64,000 nucleotides of DNA from a virus: IMG/VR virus record IMGVR_UViG_3300046474_000370, positions 1 through 64,000 of that record; one strand, given 5' to 3'. The position numbers and the translations under genes were made by a program. The number at the start of each line of letters is the position of its first letter. Within the stretch, counting starts at the first letter, position 1. Shown in pieces: positions 23,801 through 28,063 of this stretch. Under the pieces are notes generated by a model. That model was not told where the DNA came from. It did no database searches and saw only the letters and a list, made by a program, of their open reading frames with translations.

Positions 23801-24147
23801 ATGCGGCGCTGAAGTTCTTCGGGTTCCAGCCGACGGCGGTGGCGCGCGAGAGCGAGGTGGTGGGCGACATCAACCAGGACCGCTCGATGATGGGCGCGAT
23901 CCATGCGCAGCTGGTGCAGCGCTGGGCGCACGCGATCGCCGAGCACGACCCGGAGCGGGTGGCGGCGACGGTGGCGCGCTGGCAGCAGTGGAACCGGGAC
24001 AACCCCGGTTACCGCATCACCATCACGCCGGCGCAGCTGCGCGCCAGGGTGTCGGAGCTGCTGGTCGACCGCAAGGTGCGCACGCTGAAGTCGACCCCGC
24101 CGACGATGCGGGCCGAGGCGGTCGCCGCGCTGCACGGGCTGGACTGA
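2848..24147 (+). CDS. Giant DarB-like polyvalent virion protein (7099 aa)
   Basis: iPPase-like (~4500-4930); C5-MTase-like LFDLTG/PCTDF/ENP (~6835-7465); TGT-like (~9510-10230); N6-MTase HYT/EPAMGIG/GNWPF (~11560-12550); SNF2 helicase VGTGKT/DEAH/TGTP/QRNGR (~13880-15700); zincins HEVLGH and HEALH; ART WFGNSK..YHIT (~20900-21440); PAMRFG C-terminal region. Confidence 0.9.
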   Translation: MATNDDQTSNPYAKYLEQPAAAPAVPDPAAPNPYAKYVDPAYRAPPRNSAIGTIRDLALDAVGGALDIGKQGYGLANLATGGTLDPASRALTGAAGRGVSAVGNLVTGQQLDGPTDEQAPSIAQGMQRLDEGLAGAQTPFRQQVQQQRAQAIAQADGPLDEAKAALSESLGSPTMLAGDIVRSGASMLAPAVGAEAVTARFGPQVFERAAQQALAGGATREAAAAAGQAAVGRLGERAVIGITGVGQVAGGDDVDTINKVLDTSGQALAANPEYQQLIASGLSDVAARDELARQAGLVNAAVAAPISMAASKLTGAGRQLAEVATGHYAGKGVLDLLKGGAREAAQEVLESGGERLGANLGEQQYGDQSTPTWKGVAGDATLGGLAGFFMGAGEHVAGGEHGTQHAVPAQGQQNAPATTPAAAPVVPPGAGPNTRAAAAGLAAGSGAQLFPFNTAEAAQKRANAQTNTTGVAHEVVDHPSVAGSFAVMPVAPEAEAAAGKQQPAATAAPSVAPHDDLADLFGAPVAAAPVTPVDVAAHAAASSPQNELAPPSKGQIEANNAPLGHAKVGGLSVSFENPAGSVRQDKLNDPPQWETTLQDHYGYFKGVAARAPDKEHVDVFVKPGTPKDYSGPAFVVDQNDEDGNFDEPKVILGAASLDDARATYLRNYDAGFENRIRGITQLSMPELKARLKDPNGFMQPQPASIPQSPAVPANGIARESGQPVAADGQGAPTFTTAKGTTYTVNPDGGTVSGKAAGPSQRTFYLTPEDMQKLATPLAGKGGARLGLNFGGANDDTIQLRQTKGADAGKMVRDTLVRPAKAPAVGLHPLEVWRDGTFDIGDQITQMGGAAVQQAPAATGASQQEAAPQVPPAEAPAGSAALSQPEDDQFDLFGEQGAGQSAGTVTPVADAEAPAKAGKPRLAENADDLYRAIKEKTAEGVYVPGHGILNPVVRVLGLPDMRVSNQGVEAIEHGGMGVRAATKAEIDDLHEALEYDQAQVLAMSKWGGNRSDTRSQPVMELHSPSGNAFQQRTNTALPLDQADTGLSLNDKAQQARDQAGPATPAESVRYGLKNMTSERNGARIRDAKKWGFTDDTVPLYYTISDTWAVDVSFPNSEIAFSHGRTGKTGSDLDGAADAFYVNVAQAPNGKWASGFNYGPGYWKAPFSSKQYDTREQAIEGATAGLKQWVRNLDGVADLVDKVAAEAQQQRTGEPAQPGKAPLPNATAPEHVQTGVDDRELDEIVAEFKNAQADMMQGEHPVTNVFQPPKKGEIYRLEKKAGVRTENKNGKKVYHRDAGWMTVEEAKAQIAEWKAHAQAQGEDEDSRSANSRRIVLSLFDLTGKWSQPWEDAGYQVYRFDIQDSDTYEDPETGEEKLVGDVNNMSVEFFSDLFGDFDGNDVYAVLAACPCTDFAGSGAKHFAAKDADGRTVASVKLVHQTLALIEYYKPQIWALENPVGRIEELGGLPPWRLAFDPYQLGDPYTKKTLLWGRFNGDLPIAPVFPSEGTKMHAKYGGKSQATKNARSATPEGFSYSFFMANNAVDHPVMAIANKYDRLDNQLIKKAVEAGIGEDQINDAVEDHYYMDQDDDAANAAIRELLAEHGATVSAAEPQSETDTDRAAALLQSLAHQASRGEPATSAAQVGLRVALQRDSWAEGKTVIQGGEVWNKGNLRATIAPGRDGGMPTITIKQRKLTAKEQAAEEQRQRTEADRQKHRAEARAYWKVGMAAALPGFADVEGSDQKYTMDLPGVIESIDGDTADVRIYAAPEYGYTQEDYPLHGKLARKVPLTELSKYGHGLERLQKIVDEGKLATGDAEVAASVRARTAKVKYPNRNFDLFWQTHPTALEDARDHKWWAEVAFLNMRRGDTFTAGDKTYTVEAIKKIKDGEHTRKGMTLRDDAGGEHTFWPMATEWHRLVPQLAAQLKAEDELPDTAQRPLLDILKRDPAAHVDEQGRVYLRDTAPGEEQPQPGLKKMQKAKETKGAKPGLKQMQEAKAAKDAPAPTVPQAAAPASLFADNKIFTQDAVDKARALLKAKLGQLNSGIDPEMLQAGITIAGAYIEAGVRSFAKFAKAMVSDLGEGVRPYLRSFFEGARHYPGLDTKGMTKPDDIDAAGQLGIDEGDTVEYIGGKTHNLARGDRREVAWVNPHQIGFADGGSASYDSVRRGDWKKVEVAHELVLPQPPTVDERKNAQVLADLAANAGNPVDIDGRFAPGVYGTPEQPLRFVSGMSRPADFTRLFGNGKNVGISVQELSKVAVPLVAKQLAEAQGAYLFVDSGAFSTHMSNVREAEAAANDQRDAAAPRKLDFDALMARYEDLSRAVSKASDGMAMGRMFLVMPDIVGDQAGSLALVKQYADEINGYGLQAIIPLQGGELTLTEAYQQMMRNLGMQPDDHAPIIGIPTQELAVSNEELTDLLRQYGDSINGVHILGAASDARLQPRLAAIEASGYDGNVSADANRIRALITEERPRKQAFKHLNQSNMADGSPQPRVVRDDQRPEPGKPLSELQKRKRSAETVEPSEKTPQKYGPSGRAALAKMAQRANLSTDPAHDSDSADLVRFFEKYYEAGRDGRQMPKADLHPDDARTAYAAGQKDAAAPAKPKKGFGGATLRQDFGVEHIDGYAETAEFPRENLHYDTPTGGVKEAFIKNARAYLKDVTGMLLDHGFTNATGRDGKALKPVRVNEAGPAVSGEVSLTMYHEGAERGIYIDISGTVGGMMIPATRSGVAVMMRVTKKDDPYSGGQNIFADTKLTAAELADKVRAAVFAASPNRDKLDASAAPNDDKAKDDNGTGPAISDLAAPGVSRTGAGVAAGGQAGTRPAGPLGAPPAADAGAAGSGEGGRPAGAHPDRPHDEGDNGQPASGDGADGRNGTSGTGLVDAGTGVGGPAVGPARANYHIGDPEQLIGGTPKVRFANNRRAIEAYRSITEEGRAPVKADLDAMAAYIGWGSFGQELFQGNWNTPRPKAGWEQEDAWLRGHLGQQEWESAQRSITNAHYTDPITVTTMWNMVRALGFTGGRVLEPAMGIGNFFAMMPLDLAEKSQLTGIEMDALSGGMAKELYPNANIQIKPYQDSKTADGFYDLVIGNWPFDKDGPSDRRYMKLNPSLHDFFFLKALDQTRAGGLVVGITSAGTMDKKGRATRMELAKKGELVAAFRLPSGAFEKYAGTAVVTDIIVLRKRETPGSGLEPWVELGETKVPAGEKIEVNSYYLQHPDHVLGTLNFGHGSTYGRPAMIVERPADLMERLAQLPGKMPAETYQPPASRKQVSYLSNNTDDREGSVTLAKGKLYVVRGERLVPLADEVKYELKDKAKTAQREAQLRQLIAMRTAYGALVVAERAADPKTEALRKDLLGKYQAFTKAYGTLEESDGLRILRGVKDPYYFALASLEINGKPARILREATLRGRKKMANPSVREAFVMARNESMDVNLATIAKLSGKSEAAVAAELEQADAIFKTPAGNYEVADIYLSGNVRRKLREAQDAQANAPAGQATPDFARNIAALERVLPKTVPYFKIEAKLGAPWVKAEHYHDYVARLLGLTRDADKAGVDVAMVNGSWKVKFTDKSLNNRPEAVAQWGTGYRGASLDKMLTAAMNNRSITIKTPDADGNLQVDEAATKEVSEKLVKLREEFGNWIWKDVERRVWLEQNYNEVMNAIATPRFDGSFLEFNGMTLRRGEDPFSLRQHQVNAVWQGLVNGRGLYAHEVGTGKTYTMAGLAVESRRYGLAKKPLIFAHNANSATVAKEFNDMYPAARVLYLDNLTPEDIDVRMRQIANDDWDAVIVPHSLIGRFALTEKTLMEIAAEDIAAMEQEALDAASDDGATLTMAMMNDEDAMKKVRSATAKELVKARNKIIKSIKDMALRSSKESAVSFEDLGIDMVIVDEAHEFKKPPVATKMKMRGLNTGTSNMSIALRFLTDYVKRENNGRGVHLFTGTPITNTLTELYNMMRYVMDDVMKRDGIKDWDSWFNTFADSNTDVELTAAGEYEAVTRLASFVNTAELRRIAGEFMDIVFADDMPEFAPRPTSTGKTMSDTLSDAERDELINGRSEQPVGRPYKKIVVDTAPLGNEQSRMLDHFKALARQFKQATKKERREMMLSGHPASPLLVETGAANAGMDPRLVDMDAADEPNSKVNRLVRNVAALYQRDARATQVVFLERGFVDEATRTKTNPDGTKTVTKVKKFNLVKDMVEKLVAAGVKPGEIAVVDGSTSKEKRKQIADLMNKSKIRVVIGNTKTLGVGVNMQENLRAMHHMDAPWMPGELEQRNGRGWRQGNKWNTVLEYRYITERLDGRRWQVLAVKDRFIKLFLKADENTRIIDGDAVDLEEGEGGGDLAATLSEAAGDPRVLVREKLKADIEKLENRERQHTYALSDAADMARKLATETERLAQQLPLVQADAAQFEAARATFSMTIGGQQYTERPAADAAIAAVEAQLNGDKVTQRQIGSIHGFTLTLQRSLVGYYVKLRGKQTFEAGVASVASIEAALRKLAKTAAETQQKIADNKASYVRMVEMQKEPFGQAALLEKKRKMLADLIADLARNPEPAPGWLRHGAPANTAIYVGGEQRVVEGHKANKDGYFLVTEAGDVPYLDATDASGMPLFEPVNGEERGLTLSAPPNILDVRRQRRAEDRERRGTDPDPDVAKLSRGSAGRGMAHGVVRQLADAIASRWHEAPPVTVVQRVADLPFAAPADTRGAYAQGRVWLVGDNLHTPDEVQFVMAHEVLGHRGLAAILDKQALTQELNRLRLINPELAKAARAQATKYGYDLTLATEEALADMAGEGKAINGWQKFVNLVQRALRAVGLDRAADWIEGRTAAETMSLLRRAREAIEGGQQPHLFGQAQAAAFSDGAPSRWYSALARKVEALPMKAAPAAQWVGTLNGLAKQGVSTEEIEWSGVTDWLRMQDGKVSKAQLLDYLAQNGVRVEEVMHAEPDDTADRETFVDGEVEQDRAAHQREVDEMIADQLGDAAGGHYVAETEDEDGNTVWALRQDASDEDLELFDDEGKAQAAADLANERHDAERETDLRNNATAFDEDAARHRAEREWDQHHASDDTRSYQQYTLPGGEHYTELLLTLPQREPSFALDDYIGELSDKYGWVIDGVLHTPGWSEADLTQEELAKLRRLQQDDLEERAQRANATYQSPHWRATRNVLAHIRVNERRDVDGKRVLFVEELQSDWAADSRRHEVAMRKLRTAVMEAATARGADLAAVAQAFDFISEEPLETTERPTTWAWELLRTATGDTVDLNAIHAIRDDLPKPAAAPFTGQTGAWVALAIKRVIAYAAENGFDTVAFVNGTQSTERFSLRQRVEAIRYVRKDGGKYDVWAADESGAALNRTVDQQGLTPTEVEKFVGVELAAKIFKGEGVEQDGDMVLSGLDLELGGEGMKAFYDQIVPKVANDVLRKLGGGKIGSVFLPDIYREPEMTGLDADGEGVFDDGHSGEQPGFDITPELRATALAGLPLFARDANWGRSVRDPNYRQVVKRTPELQAAAQQLKDGKLSKAEYARLVEQYKPASEYAFVPPPAGEQDMREALSSDKVARIGAPLATLEAGHPVGLRLDIPAYANHGVWVVAVHEQLASFAAGKSIGYDSMAAVTNATFGVVQRAALDIAAGKAKSTIAVIKGSWRPISREKAIEAAQRALALPEWRQVGMHPERHAYFFDRGTMRPVVAADAVIQVGPLVLARNVKYGSMDDVLFSRGDTASVDHVAAGITRRQFLAAAALAATVGRARASAALGKAQALPGDILTQPLPASVAQTLRGTGSGMANPDGAQAVDAALGQIAGHGPVELRALAAQIRSLTPATDTMLTVDDSTAADAHGEVALDGPVAHLKLYTAGGRTGLTYETFLHEALHLAVAARYQTIAAATQRGGSDALQMPAPAAAAAMAQLTDLWQEFGRAVKSRPAPTDKATRVSVVEAVLHQDEFFVRALTDHRLQAYMAGMEYEGKSLLQRFKDWVAGLFVKDGVRPSWLDAALLASGELAGAMPDDRADFARFNALHELPANLTSTQQSAVDAVLFSRADVTDTPAFRGWFGNSKMIDGDGRPQVMYHITTGDFSQFTPGGADANLSGPAIWLTPDKGNQNAAHNVGGFYGKFRDGANVMPLYVKMERPLYITDQHEYQEANKQFNLTGGFPRALTQGEVEAIRARGYDGIYFASYNSAEGYDLATGRNVEVIVFDGGQLKSATGNWGTFDPDDPDIRFSRVGDSINATWESLRSAATLGKITANLNEVRQNHKDFNHFNWYDKSFSTQYNKARKDADFARVFDAAQQQSDDTARYAIEGEVLAPDVLVRLEGFGAIVKALRKGGKRHTADMNAIAKPLFANIEGVQGVGQRVYSSRELERDFGLNPQQIDMYRQVRASVDTSIVRLAQTAVMAVGQAQGIAVAHMKDMSLEDTAALVKEALWDREREKHFADVVMAEAEGKAPPRYFEPDMTHLDNIDGIAETATFLQESGYMPAMRFGEFAITVRDPRKAPGQDVVAFETYDDEIPAHRAAARLARQHPGMTVTRSRMNDEQYRMFKGVSPETVMLFGRFMGLDKEQAYHDYIALALSAKAARKHELARAGVPGFSRDLVRVMAAFLLSNARQSAINVNGQNLSAALAAPALQKKGDVQKEAQRLVDYVANPNEEARRLRGFMFMYYIGGSVASALVNLTQPVLQTLPWLTEFVGARAASVALAAARMAATGNVAPHLRHALSRADADGLTQPKEIHMMMGDATGSVLSSHLTLRALTQAWGGFFGKAEQFNRRLTFLAAYQAALDMGKEAVRAKGFEDAYDFAKRALAETQGLYSKVNRPNFGRGPIGSVLMTFRQFSITYLEMLMRMPWQQRLVALALLTLGAGVEGWPFAENLEDVIDTLGQSLGYNTNSKKELRNLVGPWLMHGLSGMTGAELSGRIGLGRMFPGTQQLKLSDARRDTNDLGGPFGSLMQAAHDAAMAAQAGNLAGPSGAAAKLLPTALKNMAAGVQMGFTGHYHDSTGRATTATTFYDAALKFFGFQPTAVARESEVVGDINQDRSMMGAIHAQLVQRWAHAIAEHDPERVAATVARWQQWNRDNPGYRITITPAQLRARVSELLVDRKVRTLKSTPPTMRAEAVAALHGLD
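11213..11560 (+). CDS. Nested overprinted gene (+1 frame) inside the giant gene; possibly TnpV-like helical protein
   Basis: AAGGA at 11203-11207, 5 nt before ATG 11213 (alternative ATG 11207). GC-rich third positions switch to this frame while the host frame reads as a G/A/P linker. Confidence 0.7.
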   Translation: MVLDLQFLTWLRRESAALAQEWPPGGKLERDLLAHWARHRPQMLAQLEAVKAAAPLAHILIDRMMKATTANLQAGMAPTDATEQAERDWLMLEPESEDPPSGPPVPITTLATPNS

Positions 24148-24201
24148 CCCCTTCCGCCGGCCGCCTGGCCGGCTCTTATATCCGCAACGAGGGGTTCCCC
24201 A

Positions 24202-24648
24202 ATGACCGAACCGATCAGCACGACGTCGGCCGGCGGGATCGCGCTGGTCAAGCTGTTTGGCGGCACCGCGATCGCGGCCTCGGCCGCCGTCACGCTCGGC
24301 TTCCTGTTCCTGTGGCCGAAGTCGCTCAAGGAAGCGGTGTTGCGCATCGTCTGCACGCTGATCTGCTCGACCTTTTTCGGGCCGTTCTGCGTGATCGCCG
24401 TGCATTCGTGGTGGCCGTCGCTGTTCGCCTCGGCCACCACGGTGGTGGCGGCCGCCGGCGCGCCGCCGTTGCTGGGGTTGTTGTTTGTGGCGGCGCCGGT
24501 CCTGGTGCTGGCCGGCTTGCCGGCATGGTGGGTGGTCGGGGCCACCGTGCGCTGGTTCGAGAAGCGCCGCGAGCAGGACCTCGGCCAGCTGGTGGCGGAG
24601 GCGCGCGCGGTGCTGTACCCGACTAAATCGACTGGAGGCAAACCATGA
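24202..24648 (+). CDS. Putative holin (multi-TM)
   Basis: Three to four hydrophobic segments, basic C-terminus, GAGGGG RBS, first gene of the lysis region. Confidence 0.65.
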   Translation: MTEPISTTSAGGIALVKLFGGTAIAASAAVTLGFLFLWPKSLKEAVLRIVCTLICSTFFGPFCVIAVHSWWPSLFASATTVVAAAGAPPLLGLLFVAAPVLVLAGLPAWWVVGATVRWFEKRREQDLGQLVAEARAVLYPTKSTGGKP

Positions 24649-25124
24649 TGCTGACGCTGTTGGGCATGCTGGGCGGGGGGCTGATGCGGCTGCTGCCCGA
24701 GATTATGGGGTTCTTCAACCGCAAGCAGGATAACGCGCACGAGCTGGCCATGCTGGACCGGCAGGCCCAGCTCGAGAGCACGCGCGCGGCCGCGCACCTG
24801 GACGAGGTGCAGGTGGGGGGCGACTATGCGGCGCTGCTGGCCACCATCGACGCGCAGAAGGAGGCCGCCAAGGGGCAGATGCAGCTGACCAATATCCGCT
24901 TCGTCGATGCGCTCAACTTCCTGGTGCGGCCGGTGGTCACCTATTTCATGGTGCTGCTGTACGCGCTGGCCAAGGCGGCGATGTTCGCGATCGCGATGCG
25001 CTCGGGACTGGCCGGCTGGGACGCGATCCTCAAGGTCTACGACCAGGAGGACCGCGCGATCCTGTCCGGGATCATCGCGTTCTGGTTCATGTCGCGCACG
25101 CTCGAGAAGCGCGAAAAGCGCTAG
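24645..25124 (+). CDS. Holin-like 3TM membrane protein
   Basis: N-terminal TM, coiled region, VRPVVTY and FWFMSR motifs resembling GTA-holin-3TM-like phage proteins. GGAGG RBS. Confidence 0.55.
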   Translation: MMLTLLGMLGGGLMRLLPEIMGFFNRKQDNAHELAMLDRQAQLESTRAAAHLDEVQVGGDYAALLATIDAQKEAAKGQMQLTNIRFVDALNFLVRPVVTYFMVLLYALAKAAMFAIAMRSGLAGWDAILKVYDQEDRAILSGIIAFWFMSRTLEKREKR

Positions 25125-25402
25125 TGGCCACAACCGGGGCCGCAGGTGTGCGGGGTGGCGCCGGCGGCCCGCATGAATTCCTCGTAGCCGTCGAGCATGG
25201 TGCGCAGGTAGGCGCATAGCTCCGCCTGGGTCGGGTAGAAACGGTACAGGTTGTCCATCAGCTCCGCGCGCGGGGGCGCTGCCGTGATCCGGTGCCGGGT
25301 GTTGGCGCGCTCCAGCATGTCCGCGAAGTCATCATGGGTGACGGCCCCGGCACGGATGCGGTCTGCCAGTTCGACAAATGGTGGTGGGGCTTGGGTGGTC
25401 AC
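25121..25402 (-). CDS. Hypothetical protein, tandem paralogue 3
   Basis: IRAGAVTH...YPTQAELCAYLR; coupled overlap with neighbour. Confidence 0.7.
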   Translation of the reverse strand: MTTQAPPPFVELADRIRAGAVTHDDFADMLERANTRHRITAAPPRAELMDNLYRFYPTQAELCAYLRTMLDGYEEFMRAAGATPHTCGPGCGH

Positions 25403-25689
25403 GATCGCGCCCCTTCGGCCATCCGCAGCAGCGCCACGCCGGCCGCGCCGCGCAACCAGTGTGCCAGCGCCGCCTGGTCCTGGTACGTGGCGCGTAACCT
25501 GGCCAGCGTCGCCGCGTAGCCGGCGCTGCGCGCCTGTGCGACCACTTCAGTAAAGTATGCCGCCAGCTGTTCGTGCGTCACGGTGCCGGCGTCGATCGCG
25601 GCGGCCAGGGCGTGAACCCGTTGGTCGTCGCTGACGACGGCCGCTGTGGGCGCGAGCGGTTTGGGGGATGGTGCAGCGTGGTCGGTCAT
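25399..25689 (-). CDS. Hypothetical protein, tandem paralogue 2
   Basis: IDAGTVTH...YQDQAALAHWLR; GGAG RBS. Confidence 0.7.
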   Translation of the reverse strand: MTDHAAPSPKPLAPTAAVVSDDQRVHALAAAIDAGTVTHEQLAAYFTEVVAQARSAGYAATLARLRATYQDQAALAHWLRGAAGVALLRMAEGARS

Positions 25690-26012
25690 GGGGTCTCCGG
25701 TGATTGTATGGGTGGTGGGACTGCCGCCTTGGTGATGATCCGGGCCACGATGCCGGCCAGCAGATAGCGGCCGGTGGCGCCACGCAGGTAGGCGGCGAGG
25801 TGGCCTTGGGTCGGGAAATTCGCATGCAGTACCGCCAGCGTGCTCGTGCGCGTGCCATCCCCGCCGCCGGGCACCGATTCGGCGACCAGGGTGGCCATCG
25901 TCGCGTGGGTGATGGCGCCGGTCGCGATCCGCTTCAGGATGCGCGCCACGCGCGGCTCCAGCGTCGCAGTGAACTGCGGGTCGATCTGGAAATGTTCGTC
26001 GACCCGGATCAT
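25686..26012 (-). CDS. Hypothetical protein, tandem paralogue 1
   Basis: IATGAITH...FPTQGHLAAYLR; ATGA overlaps. Confidence 0.7.
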   Translation of the reverse strand: MIRVDEHFQIDPQFTATLEPRVARILKRIATGAITHATMATLVAESVPGGGDGTRTSTLAVLHANFPTQGHLAAYLRGATGRYLLAGIVARIITKAAVPPPIQSPETP

Positions 26013-26335
26013 TGACGGCGCACGGGGATGAACCCGGCACGGTCGTCATTGCCGTCGTCAACGAACTTGATGAGTTCGGGCGGCGCCGCCAGGACCCGGC
26101 TGAATTCGATGATCATTCGGCGTTCGGCGTCCTTGGCAGCGAGCGCCGGGTTGCGGCGACACGCCATGCCGACCACGGCGCGCATCGTGATTGCGGCCGC
26201 ACTGACCATCTCGGTCCATTCCAGTTCGGGGTGGTTGGTGCGGGCATCGAGCATGACCTGCATGAGTTCGGCGAACAGCGCGCCGACCGCCTCCGCGATG
26301 GCCGGGGTCATCACCCTTTCTTCTGGTTGCTGCAT
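26009..26335 (-). CDS. Hypothetical protein
   Basis: GAAAGG RBS; first gene of the antisense operon. Confidence 0.65.
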   Translation of the reverse strand: MQQPEERVMTPAIAEAVGALFAELMQVMLDARTNHPELEWTEMVSAAAITMRAVVGMACRRNPALAAKDAERRMIIEFSRVLAAPPELIKFVDDGNDDRAGFIPVRRQ

Positions 26336-26390
26336 GGCATTGCCTTTCTCTAAGTGCCTGCCATTGTAACGCCCCCACAAAAGGCCTGCC

Positions 26391-26921
26391 ATGACCGATC
26401 AGTTGCTCGAGCGGATCGCCGCGCTCGTCATGTCGTTTGAAGGGTGCATCTTGCGGGCCTATCCCGATCCCGGCTCGGCGCTGTACAAGGCGCTGTCCGC
26501 GCGCGGGCTGGTGCGCGCCTACATGGCCGGGAACGCCGCCATTCCGGCCGAGCTGCGCGCGCTGCCGGGCACGCCGTGGACGATCGGCTGGGGCGAGACG
26601 GCCGGCGTGCACGAGGGCGATGTCTGGACCCGCGAGCAGGCCGACGCGCGGCTGCGCGTGCGCCTGGCGCAGTTCCTGGCCGGGGTGTACAAGCGCTGCC
26701 CGCAGCTGTACCTCGAGGCCGACGCGCGGGTGGCCGCCGTGGTCTCGCTGGCCTACAACATCGGGCTGGGCGCATTTGGCGCGTCGACCGTGTGCCGCGC
26801 CACCCGGCGCTGCGAGTACCAGCGCGCGGCCGACGCGTTCCTGCTGTGGGATAAGGCGGGCGGCCGCCCGATCCTGCGGCGGCGCCGCGAGGCCGAGCGG
26901 GCCTGCTACCTGCTTCAGTGA
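26391..26921 (+). CDS. Endolysin, GH24 phage lysozyme
   Basis: FEG...AYPD...WTIGWGET, SLAYNIG and RRREAE motifs. Confidence 0.9.
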   Translation: MTDQLLERIAALVMSFEGCILRAYPDPGSALYKALSARGLVRAYMAGNAAIPAELRALPGTPWTIGWGETAGVHEGDVWTREQADARLRVRLAQFLAGVYKRCPQLYLEADARVAAVVSLAYNIGLGAFGASTVCRATRRCEYQRAADAFLLWDKAGGRPILRRRREAERACYLLQ

Positions 26922-27157
26922 GGCTGCTTGGTAAACGTGGCGATGTCCTCGCGCGCGGTGAGGCGCGCCAGCTTGACCGTGCGGCCTGACTCGTCGGCCG
27001 CCTGTTGCGCCATCGCCTGCAGGGCCGGTAACCCGGCCTGGTCGATGCTCAGCAGCGGCGCGACCACGTCCCCGACCGTGGTCGCGACCAGCCCTTCGCC
27101 GCCTGGTTCTTCCGCGAACAGCACATACACTTCGGTCACCCGCGTCGCGTCACCCAT
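26915..27157 (-). CDS. Hypothetical protein
   Basis: MGDATRVTEVYVLFAEE...; coupled to the upstream lipoprotein gene. Confidence 0.55.
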   Translation of the reverse strand: MGDATRVTEVYVLFAEEPGGEGLVATTVGDVVAPLLSIDQAGLPALQAMAQQAADESGRTVKLARLTAREDIATFTKQPH

Positions 27158-27510
27158 CAGGCCAGGACCTTGTAGCCGCGCCCGGCCAGGCACGTCTTGA
27201 CGATTTGCACCTGACTGGTGGCGCCATGCGCGGCACCAATTCCCACCCCCTCGGCCGCGCCGATCCTGGCTCCATAGCCAGCCGCGCCACGCCCGCCAAT
27301 CGCTGCCCCCAGCAGCGCCCCCATCAGCGCCCCGGCCCCAGCGCCGGCGGCCGCCTGGCCACCAACGTCGACCTGCTGCGCGTACTGCTGGCATTCCCTC
27401 AGATCGACCTGGTATACGTTCAGATCAACTCCCTTGGTATCGACCACCGGCTGGTAACTGGCGCACGCAGTCAGGCTGACCGCCACGGCCAGGCATAGCA
27501 TCTTCTTCAT
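27157..27510 (-). CDS. Glycine-zipper lipoprotein
   Basis: Lipobox LTAC, GxxxG zipper, C-terminal CLAGRGY. Confidence 0.8.
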   Translation of the reverse strand: MKKMLCLAVAVSLTACASYQPVVDTKGVDLNVYQVDLRECQQYAQQVDVGGQAAAGAGAGALMGALLGAAIGGRGAAGYGARIGAAEGVGIGAAHGATSQVQIVKTCLAGRGYKVLA

Positions 27511-27704
27511 TGTTATGTGCTCTCTCTTTTCAGTGCCGGGGAAAGGCCCGCCCCGGCCTCGGGCTATTTTTTCTTTGCCTGCATTGTCGTTAATTGCGTC
27601 AAATAATCCGAGGTGCTTTTTGGCGATTTATATATTGATTAACAACAAGTGCTATCGTATCATCCTAATTCCAATGGTTGGTATTTTTTAATGGGGACGA
27701 TACG

Positions 27705-27998
27705 ATGCGATCAGTTGCGGAAATCCAGAAAGACATAGAAGCATTGCAGCAGGAGTTAAAAGCAGCACAGGAACTCGAACAGCATGCGGCGCGTGCGGAG
27801 ATTCACCGAATCATGGAGCGTGTCGGTTTAACCCCTGAGCAATTGCTCGGCTTGCTTGAGAAGCCAGCAAAGAGCAAAAAGGGCCCGTTACCGGCCCGCT
27901 ATCGCCACCAGGGCAATGAGTGGAGCGGCATGGGCCGGATGCCAGGCTGGGCCAAGGAGCTGGGGGACCAGCTTGAACAATTCCGCGTGGCGGGTTGA
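27705..27998 (+). CDS. hns: H-NS family nucleoid protein
   Basis: N-terminal coiled coil plus PARYR..WSGMGRMPGW DNA-binding motif; AT-rich upstream region. Confidence 0.85.
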   Translation: MRSVAEIQKDIEALQQELKAAQELEQHAARAEIHRIMERVGLTPEQLLGLLEKPAKSKKGPLPARYRHQGNEWSGMGRMPGWAKELGDQLEQFRVAG

Positions 27999-28002
27999 GA
28001 CG

Positions 28003-28055
28003 AATTGCACAGCGAACTGTGCAATTACGCGGCTTGCACAGTTTGCTGTGCAAGC
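28003..28055. repeat. Pair of palindromes TTGCACAG-N4-CTGTGCAA
   Basis: Units at 28003-28026 and 28032-28055, each with 10-bp arms, between convergent genes. Confidence 0.85.
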
Positions 28056-28063
28056 TAGTGGCG

